From NCBI GenBank assembly GCA_048938895.1, contig JBHLLU010000059.1:1-24019 (forward strand): 24,019 bases of DNA, in the 5' to 3' direction. Under the pieces are notes generated by a model that ran no database searches, was not told the DNA's origin, and worked only from the letters and a program-made list of their open reading frames with translations. The position numbers were made by a program, and so were the translations under genes. The stretch is from Promethearchaeota archaeon. GTDB taxonomy: Archaea > Asgardarchaeota > Lokiarchaeia > Sigyniarchaeales > SOKP01. The stretch's first letter is position 1, and the number at the start of each line of letters is the position of its first letter. This document shows, in pieces, positions 8,756 through 17,044 of the stretch.

Positions 8756-10474
8756 TTATATATCTTCTTTTTTAATCCATAATTTTTTTAAAAAATGTGC
8801 TGCCATTTTAGGTCTCCTATCTCTTGTAAATACACCTTTAAAATTAATGCCACCCATCCTTAGAACACCTTGAGATGTCTTAAAATCGCATAGGTTCCAG
8901 ACATGATAACCAATAATAAATGGTTTACTCTCTATAAGCTCTATATATTTTTTTAGAAATTCGATTTGATACTCTTCACTGAACATTTCTGGAGGTTGGG
9001 AGTGCCATCCAGGGATAGTATCAGTTCCAAATTCACTTATAAAAATCGGTTTTTTGTATTTTATATATAAATTCTCAAGTTCTTCAGATAAATTCTCAAT
9101 TCCTTTTTGAATTTGACCCTGATTAACATACCATCCATAGTATCTGTTTAAGCATACCATATCAAAAAACTCAAAAGAATCATTTCTTACGTTTTGAGAA
9201 TTGATTAGGGTAATTAAACGAGATGAATCTATCTCTTTTATGAACTGGTAAAGTTCCAGAAAGAAATTCTTTGAAAGTTTACTGGACCTTGGTTCATTTG
9301 CCAAACTCCACATTATCACACTGGGATGGTTTTTGTCACGTTCATATAATTCTTGCATATATTGTTTACATAATTTTAGATGGCGATCAATATGACTACT
9401 ATCAAAAGTAAGCCCAACTGCTGGAATTTCATCAATAATTAAGAACCCAAGACTATCAGCAAGGTCCATCATTTGTTCTGAGTAGGGATAATGAGTAGTT
9501 CGAAAAGAATTTGCACCAATCCATTTCATTAAAGAATAATCTTTAATGATTACAGCTGGGAGATAACCCCTTCCTGTTACTGGAAAATCCTCATGTCGTC
9601 CAAATCCATATAACCTAACTGGTTTGTCATTCAAAAATAGCTCATTACCTTTTACTTGAATAGTTCTAATCCCAATCCTTAGAGTATAAGCATCTATAAC
9701 TGTCCCATTTTTAAGAATTTCTGCTGTTAAATCATAGAGATAGGGATTATTGGTAGACCAGAGTTCCGGATTTTTAATTATTAACTTTTTTTCTATTATA
9801 TTTTCATTATTTGACTTTTTTATTATGACTTCTTGTTTCTCTCCATTAAGCAGTATCCGAGATTCAACTGGTTGCTCATTGCCAATTTTTAACTTTATTG
9901 AAACTATTCCAGAATTATTTTCAATATTAGTAATTATAGTAATATCTTCAAGACCCTTTTTAGGGACTGAATAAAGCAAAACAGGGCGATGAATGCCACA
10001 AAATGGGAAGAAGTCAAAATTTGTATTAGGAAAGATTTGTGGCCTACCGCTCGGTGGAACACGATCAGGGGCCAATGTTCCATCAACTCTAACTACAAGA
10101 AGATTATTCTGGGGATTTAATAGATTAGTAACATCAAATTCAAACGGTAAATGACCTCCTTCATGAGATCCTATATTCTCTCCATTAAGCCATACATCTG
10201 CTAAATAATTAACAGAACCAAATCGTATGATAATTTTTTGATCATCCCAACCTTTAGGAATATCAAAGTAAGTTTGATACCATCCAGGACCTAAAAAATC
10301 CCTATTTTCAGCAAATTGATCATTCCAACTTGCAGGTACAGCTATAGGTTTCCCATTAGAATACCCCTTATACCATTCACTTTCTATTCCTTCTTCCTTA
10401 AAATCAAATCGGAAATCCCAAAAACCAGAAAGATCAATATATTGTCGATAACTATTTCTTATTGGATAAAGCAT
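8756..10474 (-). CDS. uidA: Beta-glucuronidase (GH2)
   Basis: MLYP start (ATG 10474; GTG 10483 is the alternative), AVPASWND, DFFPFCGIHRPV, GFGRHED, NSFRTTHYPY, WSLANEP (acid/base Glu), SEFG (nucleophile) and the GUS-diagnostic NxKG motif (NFKGVFTRDRRPK). Confidence 0.92.
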   Translation of the reverse strand: MLYPIRNSYRQYIDLSGFWDFRFDFKEEGIESEWYKGYSNGKPIAVPASWNDQFAENRDFLGPGWYQTYFDIPKGWDDQKIIIRFGSVNYLADVWLNGENIGSHEGGHLPFEFDVTNLLNPQNNLLVVRVDGTLAPDRVPPSGRPQIFPNTNFDFFPFCGIHRPVLLYSVPKKGLEDITIITNIENNSGIVSIKLKIGNEQPVESRILLNGEKQEVIIKKSNNENIIEKKLIIKNPELWSTNNPYLYDLTAEILKNGTVIDAYTLRIGIRTIQVKGNELFLNDKPVRLYGFGRHEDFPVTGRGYLPAVIIKDYSLMKWIGANSFRTTHYPYSEQMMDLADSLGFLIIDEIPAVGLTFDSSHIDRHLKLCKQYMQELYERDKNHPSVIMWSLANEPRSSKLSKNFFLELYQFIKEIDSSRLITLINSQNVRNDSFEFFDMVCLNRYYGWYVNQGQIQKGIENLSEELENLYIKYKKPIFISEFGTDTIPGWHSQPPEMFSEEYQIEFLKKYIELIESKPFIIGYHVWNLCDFKTSQGVLRMGGINFKGVFTRDRRPKMAAHFLKKLWIKKEDI

Positions 10475-10542
10475 AATTCTCACTTTATTATTGAAAAATA
10501 TCCAAAAACTAAATTCTTACAAAATGTAATTGATAAAAATAT

Positions 10543-11475
10543 TTAGAATTTATTTCTTAAAAAAAGCATAATAGCCTTTTGGATATGCAATCTATTTTCT
10601 GCTTGATCAAATACTATTGATTGAGATCCATCGATAACTTCTGCGGTCTGTTCGTAACCTCTCATAGCAGGTAAACAGTTCATAAAAATTGCATCTGATT
10701 TAGCTTTATTCATAACAGAAGTCGTCACTTGATATGGTAAAAATGCTTCTTTTCTTTTTTCTTCTTGATCTTGAGGTATTCCATAACTCATCCAACTATC
10801 AGTATAAATAATATCAGAATCTTTAGCAGCATCGAATGCATCGTGAAAAATCTTTATTTCAGCACCTGTTTCTTTAGATAAATTTGATATTTCATCAAAA
10901 ACTTCCTGTTCAGGTGAATACTCAGCTGAATTAGGACAGGCAATATCCATTTTCCATCCAAACATCGCACACATCCGCATTAAATCATAGGTAACATTAT
11001 TATAAGCATCTCCGAAATAAGATAATTTCATAGCCTCTAAATGTGTTTTTTTCTCCTTTATCGTCTGGAAATCAGCGAGAATCTGGCATGGATGAGCAAA
11101 ATCGTCAAGCATATTTATAACAGGCACATCAGCATATTTTGCAAGATCCCGAATGTCTTGTCTTTTAAAAACTCGCGCAGCGATGATATCAACAAATCTT
11201 GATGCAACCTTAGCTGTATCACTAATGTTTTCTTTCTTGCCGAGTGGTGAATCTTTAATCGAGTAAAAAATGGCATGACCCCCTAATTGTTGCATTCCTG
11301 TTTCAAATGAGATACGTGTTCTTAAAGATGGTTTTTCGAATAACATTAGAAGTGTTTCATGCTCGAGAGATTTATAATATTTGTTAGGATTTTTTTTAAT
11401 ATCTATTGCTTTATTTATAATAAGTTCACATTCTGACCTCGAAAGATCTGATACTTTAAGTAAATGTCTGACCAT
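10543..11475 (-). CDS. arcB: Ornithine carbamoyltransferase, probably catabolic (ArcB role)
   Basis: FEKPSLRTR carbamoyl-phosphate site, HPCQ, YTDSWMSYG, MNCLPA, DQAENRLH. Catabolic role inferred from nearby arcC and the ArcE-like gene. Confidence 0.92.
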   Translation of the reverse strand: MVRHLLKVSDLSRSECELIINKAIDIKKNPNKYYKSLEHETLLMLFEKPSLRTRISFETGMQQLGGHAIFYSIKDSPLGKKENISDTAKVASRFVDIIAARVFKRQDIRDLAKYADVPVINMLDDFAHPCQILADFQTIKEKKTHLEAMKLSYFGDAYNNVTYDLMRMCAMFGWKMDIACPNSAEYSPEQEVFDEISNLSKETGAEIKIFHDAFDAAKDSDIIYTDSWMSYGIPQDQEEKRKEAFLPYQVTTSVMNKAKSDAIFMNCLPAMRGYEQTAEVIDGSQSIVFDQAENRLHIQKAIMLFLRNKF

Positions 11476-11609
11476 TATTTATCACATTTTTAGTGTTTTT
11501 AATTATATAATGTTTGATTCCTTAAATTATAGGTAAAATTTTTTGTTTCATATTCAAAAAGATAGGAGGATTCGCTTTTTAATGAATAATTGAATTTTTT
11601 TTAAATTTC

Positions 11610-13232
11610 TCACAAATTATTTGGACGACGTAACACTTTTCCAGGATATTTATGCTTTTGTTTAAAATCGTCGATAACTACAATCCCATTTATGATTACA
11701 TAAGGTATACCTTCAGGAAATTGATGTGGTTCTTCAAATGTAGCTTTATCACTTATTTTATCGGGCTCAAATATAACTAAGTCTGCCCAATTACCTTCTC
11801 TCAACAAACCTCTATCTCCTAATCCTAATTTTTGGGCAGGAAATGAAGTCATTCTTCTTATTGCATCTTCGATTGTAAGCAATTTTTCCTCCCTTACATA
11901 TTTCCCCAATACTCGGGGATAAGTCCCAAAAGTTCTTGGATGATTCAGCTTTAAACCGGGTAATAATTTTCCAGCAACAGAATCTGTTCCAAACATTTGA
12001 AATCGATGAGTCATAATTCTACGAATATCTTCCTCTCCCATAGTTTCTATAGTAATTGATGTTTCACACTTTTCTTCAATTAGAATTTTAAAGAAAGTTT
12101 CCCAGTCGTCATTATATCCCATCAATTTAGAAATTTCTGTGATACTTTTACCTGCGAGTTCTTTCCATTCCTCCTTCTTGAAATAGGTTGGATAAATATG
12201 ACTAAACCCATCAATTTTAATCCAATTTTCCCAATCATCAGATTCCAGAGAACTTATCTCAATGATTTGCTTTTGTATTTCTGGATCTTTTATTCTATTT
12301 AAAATTGTTTCAGGATCACCTTCTCGCGCCCAAGGAGGAAGTGCTGTGACAAGGCTTGTCTGCCCACGATTATATGGATACTGATCAAAAGTAATATCTA
12401 TTCCTTTCTTATTTGCCTCTTCGACTAAATGTAATGATTCCTTGCTCATTCCCCAAAAAGGTTGACCTGCAACTTTAAAATGTGCTATTTGTCCTCCTAT
12501 GCATCCAGACTTTTCTACAATTTCAACAAATTCCTTAATTGCCTCTAATAAGTTTTTTCCTTCATCTCGAATGTGAGAAAAGTAAAGTCCATTATATTGA
12601 CCAACAACTTTCGTTAATTCTATTATTTCAGAGGTTTTAGCAAATACTTGAGGTGCATAAATAAGACCAGTACTCATGCCAAAAGCACCTGCCTCCATTG
12701 CTTCAGCTACATATTGTTTCATATTTTCAAGCTCTTCATTTGTAGGAGAACGATTCTCAAAACCAGGACCTCCGGCAATTCGAACTGTCTCAAACCCTAA
12801 AACAAATACTACATTTGCAGAGATTTTTAATTTTTCCATTTCATCCAAATATTCAGAATAACTATTCCATGTAATAGGAATATTTCCAACAGCAGGGATT
12901 TTAAATAATTCCTTAAATAGTTCAATTTTATCAACGGGTACTGGAGCAAGCCCGTCTCCACACATTCCTACTACAGCTGTAGTAATTCCCTGGTGGACTG
13001 CTGCATCCATACCACTGTAAATTGGTAGTATTACATCTGTGTGAGAGTGCATATCAACAAATCCGGGGCATACAATCATGTTTGAGGCATCTATTTCTCT
13101 TTCTGCATTCCCACTTATTTTTATTCGTATTTTTGCAACCTTTCCATCTTTAGTGGCAATATCTCCCAAATAAGCTGGATTTCCTGCACCATCAACTATT
13201 TTCCCATTTCTAACAATAATATCAAAGTTCAT
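11610..13232 (-). CDS. N-acyl-D-amino-acid deacylase (D-aminoacylase, amidohydrolase superfamily)
   Basis: PGFVDMHSHTD, GMCG (Cys ligand), STGLIYAP, SHIRDEG, DQYPY, HPRTFGTYPRVLG, DRGLL...ADLV. Confidence 0.9.
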   Translation of the reverse strand: MNFDIIVRNGKIVDGAGNPAYLGDIATKDGKVAKIRIKISGNAEREIDASNMIVCPGFVDMHSHTDVILPIYSGMDAAVHQGITTAVVGMCGDGLAPVPVDKIELFKELFKIPAVGNIPITWNSYSEYLDEMEKLKISANVVFVLGFETVRIAGGPGFENRSPTNEELENMKQYVAEAMEAGAFGMSTGLIYAPQVFAKTSEIIELTKVVGQYNGLYFSHIRDEGKNLLEAIKEFVEIVEKSGCIGGQIAHFKVAGQPFWGMSKESLHLVEEANKKGIDITFDQYPYNRGQTSLVTALPPWAREGDPETILNRIKDPEIQKQIIEISSLESDDWENWIKIDGFSHIYPTYFKKEEWKELAGKSITEISKLMGYNDDWETFFKILIEEKCETSITIETMGEEDIRRIMTHRFQMFGTDSVAGKLLPGLKLNHPRTFGTYPRVLGKYVREEKLLTIEDAIRRMTSFPAQKLGLGDRGLLREGNWADLVIFEPDKISDKATFEEPHQFPEGIPYVIINGIVVIDDFKQKHKYPGKVLRRPNNL

Positions 13233-13361
13233 TATAGTAAAGTTATATTTATATTTTCAATCTTTGACTATGAATGAATTTAATTTGTCAGTAGATTTAA
13301 ATTTATATACATCCTAATAGAATTTGAGGAAAGTAAATTAATAATTTAATTATGTGTAAAA

Positions 13362-13763
13362 TTGACTAATAAAAATCAAACTTTTAAGTCAAGAAAGAAA
13401 TTTAAATTTATATTTATTGCCAAAAGAATATCTTATTGGGGTATAATCTTATCAGTAGCTTTAATCATAATAAGTATAATATCGATTTTTGTTATTCTTT
13501 ATTATCCCTCACCTATACGTGTTCTTCCTGCGGTTTTCGATCGACGAACATATCTTACAAAAGGAGATTTGATTCAAATTATAATTTTTTCTATAACAAT
13601 TCCTAGTTTATTAAGCACATTTATTTTTATACTAATAAATTTGATTTTGAAAAAGATATTCAAGAAATTTTACCCAACATCTAATGAAAAAGAAATTATT
13701 AATACTCTTGAATCTCTTAAATTACGGAGAATTCAAGATCCTGATCCTTCTAATCTATTTTAA
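13362..13763 (+). CDS. Hypothetical membrane protein (2 TM helices)
   Basis: TTG start, two long hydrophobic segments, TTTATATA at 13302-13309 upstream; 9-nt convergent overlap with the next gene. Confidence 0.55.
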   Translation: MTNKNQTFKSRKKFKFIFIAKRISYWGIILSVALIIISIISIFVILYYPSPIRVLPAVFDRRTYLTKGDLIQIIIFSITIPSLLSTFIFILINLILKKIFKKFYPTSNEKEIINTLESLKLRRIQDPDPSNLF

Positions 13764-14921
13764 TACTTCTTCTTTAAAATATTCACGTGTATAGGATAAA
13801 CTCTTTAAAATTTCATGATCTTGAGAGTTCAGTTTTTCATTTAGAAGTCGACCAATAAGTTCTCCTAAACCAGGTCCTAACATAAAACCTTGACCACACA
13901 TCCCAACGGCATTAATATATCCTTCAATGTTGTTAACTTTGCCAACAATTGGATTTCCATCTGGAGTCATTGGATATAAACCGCGCCATGTTCTTCTTAC
14001 TTTAAGATTTTTTAACCTTGGTAATAATTGAATCATTCTTTTAGAAATTTGAGGTAAAAATGAACCAGTTTCTCTCCTATCTACACCAATCTTATTAGGA
14101 TCCGGAGTTAAGCAGAATAATATCTTACCTTCCTTATTTTGATAAAAATAATAATTTTTTGAGTCGCCAAATTTGGGATCAGTATTTGGTCTAATATCAA
14201 CCACCATCGTATCAAAAAACTTTATTACTGGTTCTGTAATTCCTGCTTCATGAGAATCTGGTATTACAGGTATATTTATATCAATCATATTTCCAATTTC
14301 CTTAGCATGAGCACCAGCAGCATTAATAATATTGTTGGCTTTATATGTAGCATTTGTTGTTTTAACTCCTATGACTTTTCTTTTTTTTAATAGAATTTTT
14401 ATTACTTCTTCATTAAAATGATAATCTACTCCGCTTTCTTTTGACTTTCTGTAAAATGCATGTAAAGCTAACAATGGAGAGGCATTTCCGTCTTCGGGGC
14501 TATAAGTGCCTCCCAGTAATCCCTCATCATTTATCCCTGGAACTAATTGTTTAATTTTTTGAGGCTCAACAAAATCTATATTTAACCCATAACTTTTTTG
14601 GAGTTTGACAGTGTCTTTTAGCACTTTTTCATCTTGTTCTGTATATGCTAAAAATGTATACCCTCCTTGATGCCACCATATATCATCACCATAATTTTCT
14701 TCCCAATTAGAAAATATCTCAATTGATCTTTGACATAGGAGAGATTTTCCAATATGTGAATGAGTGCTTCGAATTCCACCAATGGCATGCTTATTATCAG
14801 CTTGAGCAACAGATGGTAATGAATCTATGACTAAAGTTCTAAGACCTTCGCTTGCTGTTGCCAAGGCAGTAGGAACACCAATACTTCCAGCACCGATAAT
14901 AATTACATCATACTCTACCAT
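13755..14921 (-). CDS. FAD-dependent amino-acid dehydrogenase beta subunit (proline dehydrogenase PdhB / sarcosine oxidase beta, DAO family)
   Basis: IIGAGSIG dinucleotide fold, INAAGAHA, RTWRGLYPMTPDGNPIVG, GMCGQGFMLGPG; 2 nt downstream of the alpha-type subunit gene. Confidence 0.85.
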   Translation of the reverse strand: MVEYDVIIIGAGSIGVPTALATASEGLRTLVIDSLPSVAQADNKHAIGGIRSTHSHIGKSLLCQRSIEIFSNWEENYGDDIWWHQGGYTFLAYTEQDEKVLKDTVKLQKSYGLNIDFVEPQKIKQLVPGINDEGLLGGTYSPEDGNASPLLALHAFYRKSKESGVDYHFNEEVIKILLKKRKVIGVKTTNATYKANNIINAAGAHAKEIGNMIDINIPVIPDSHEAGITEPVIKFFDTMVVDIRPNTDPKFGDSKNYYFYQNKEGKILFCLTPDPNKIGVDRRETGSFLPQISKRMIQLLPRLKNLKVRRTWRGLYPMTPDGNPIVGKVNNIEGYINAVGMCGQGFMLGPGLGELIGRLLNEKLNSQDHEILKSLSYTREYFKEEVLK

Positions 14922-14923
14922 AA

Positions 14924-17008
14924 TTAATTCCCCCCTTTTGAATTTTTAGCTTTCGCAAAAATCCCAAGCGGTACTTCTATAAATAAGGGGCGCTTGGTAC
15001 CCGGTGTAATTGAATTAGTAGAAATCCCTTCCTCCCTAAATATCCGATTTATAAGGGGAGTGCAAGTTTTTCCACCACATGCACCCATTCCTACTTTAGT
15101 AAGTGCCTTTAATTCATTAAAATCTTTAACTCCAACCCGAATCCATTTTCGAATCTCTCTAACAGATATCCGTTCACACCTACATACTATCGTATCATCA
15201 TCAGTATAAGATTTTTGATATAGATCAATAGGTTCGGTGTAAGTACTCTTATATAGTTTAACTCCTACTGCTTGTTTTGCGATTTTTGATGGTAATTTAA
15301 CAGTTATAAGTTGAGTTTTAGGGAATTCTTTCAATATTCTTGCTCTATGAACTGTATATTCTCCTAGTTCTTGATTATTACTAACCACTATAATTTTCTG
15401 ATCCTTTACTAATTTTTCTGCTGATAACTCAAGAGGGAAAGTAACTAGGGGATTTTCTTTATCTTTTCTGTAATCCCTTAATACAACAGCCAGTCCCGGG
15501 CATACAGCTACACATTTTCCACAACCAATACATTCTTCCTCCCCCTTGAAATAAGGGAGTTGTGTAATTAAATCATTAATTGTTTCTATTTGCTTATTAG
15601 GACAAACTGAAGTACATGGATTACATGGAATTTCTTGATTGCAATAGAAAACAGGATAAATTCCTTCTTCTTCCTGAGATACTTCTATATCTTTTGGAAG
15701 AGGAGGTTTTTTTTTCATTAACTCTGAAAATTTCTGGAGTTCATTAAGATCCTCTTCTATTTTAATTCCTCTTTCTTTTAGTATTTTTAAAGCTTCAATT
15801 TTGCCTGTGAAAATTGCGGCTGATGCTTCAGCGATTTCTTGAGCATCTCCTGCCACCCATACATTATAATTATATTCCTTAGCTTTTTGATAAAATTCAT
15901 CCACAGGATTTAATCCAACGGCTATTAATATTGTATCACAAGCATAATTCTTTTCAGTTCCAGCAATAGTGTTAAATTTATCATCTATTTGTGTAATGGT
16001 AATAGATTCGACCTTATTGAGTCCATTTGCAGAAATTATTGTATGATTAGTATAAATAGGAACGCCTAATCTTCTTAATTTGTCTTCATGAACTTTATAT
16101 CCGCCACATTGTGGCATTGCTTCAATCAAACCCACAACGTCGATTCCTGCTTGGATTGCATGGTATCCTGCAATTAAACCGACATTACCACCCCCAACAA
16201 TGAAAATTCGTTCCGCTGCTTTAACCAGATCACGATTTACAAGAGTCTGAAATGCACCTGCTCCATAAACTCCGGGTAATGTATTACCAGGAAAAACAAG
16301 CATACTTTCCCTTGCGCCTGTAGCTATTAAAAGATACTTAGGTTTTACTAATACATACTCATTGTTATCTTTAAAAATTCCAACAAAGCCATCGCTAAAA
16401 ACAGCTAAACATACACTATTTAGCCATATTTCTATACTTGGTAATTCTTTTACTGATTTTCCAAGGATTTGTGCTATTTCAATACCTCGCTTTCCAGCAT
16501 ACACATCTTCTTGAGAGCCAAAAAATTTATGAGTTTGGAGTACTAACTTTCCCCCAAGCGTGCCTTTATCATCCACTAATAGTGTATCAATATTATTTTC
16601 TCCAAGAGCTTTAACTGCTGAAAGACCTGATGGTCCTGCTCCAATTACTAAAACCTCAACAAATTTAATATCTGAATCACCTACACTTATGGGGTCATCT
16701 TCAGCAGGAAGTTCAGGCAACCCATCACAACTTTTAATTATCATTCCTTCCCTAAGTGTGGTCATGCAAGCTTTGACAGGTATGCCATTCGCTACTACAT
16801 TACATTGAGAACATTGACCATTCGCACAAAAAATTCCTTGGGGGCTTAAATCTTTGACATGATGGCCAAAAACTTTAATTTTATTTAGAAAAAGAGCAGA
16901 AGATATAACCATTCCTTCATATCCCTGTAGTTCTTTCCCGTCAAATTTAAAAGCTATTTTCTTTTTTTCGGGAATTTCTAATATGGGATGGGAAGTTATT
17001 TTCTCCAT
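14924..17008 (-). CDS. Multidomain alpha subunit: [2Fe-2S] + FAD/NAD(P) oxidoreductase + 2x[4Fe-4S] ferredoxin + BFD-like [2Fe-2S]
   Basis: CANGQCSQC...KAC; GAGPSG, ATGA and GGGNVG motifs; CNQEIPCNPCTSVCP and CIGCGKCVAVCP; C-terminal CRCE...GMGACGGKTC...RP. Confidence 0.88.
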   Translation of the reverse strand: MEKITSHPILEIPEKKKIAFKFDGKELQGYEGMVISSALFLNKIKVFGHHVKDLSPQGIFCANGQCSQCNVVANGIPVKACMTTLREGMIIKSCDGLPELPAEDDPISVGDSDIKFVEVLVIGAGPSGLSAVKALGENNIDTLLVDDKGTLGGKLVLQTHKFFGSQEDVYAGKRGIEIAQILGKSVKELPSIEIWLNSVCLAVFSDGFVGIFKDNNEYVLVKPKYLLIATGARESMLVFPGNTLPGVYGAGAFQTLVNRDLVKAAERIFIVGGGNVGLIAGYHAIQAGIDVVGLIEAMPQCGGYKVHEDKLRRLGVPIYTNHTIISANGLNKVESITITQIDDKFNTIAGTEKNYACDTILIAVGLNPVDEFYQKAKEYNYNVWVAGDAQEIAEASAAIFTGKIEALKILKERGIKIEEDLNELQKFSELMKKKPPLPKDIEVSQEEEGIYPVFYCNQEIPCNPCTSVCPNKQIETINDLITQLPYFKGEEECIGCGKCVAVCPGLAVVLRDYRKDKENPLVTFPLELSAEKLVKDQKIIVVSNNQELGEYTVHRARILKEFPKTQLITVKLPSKIAKQAVGVKLYKSTYTEPIDLYQKSYTDDDTIVCRCERISVREIRKWIRVGVKDFNELKALTKVGMGACGGKTCTPLINRIFREEGISTNSITPGTKRPLFIEVPLGIFAKAKNSKGGN

Positions 17009-17044
17009 TTGGATTTATTATAAGAATTTAAATAGTAATATATT

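Noticed and set aside
9750-10546. Plus-strand ORFs 9750-9974 and 10316-10546
   Set aside because: Antisense to beta-glucuronidase; no protein-like features.
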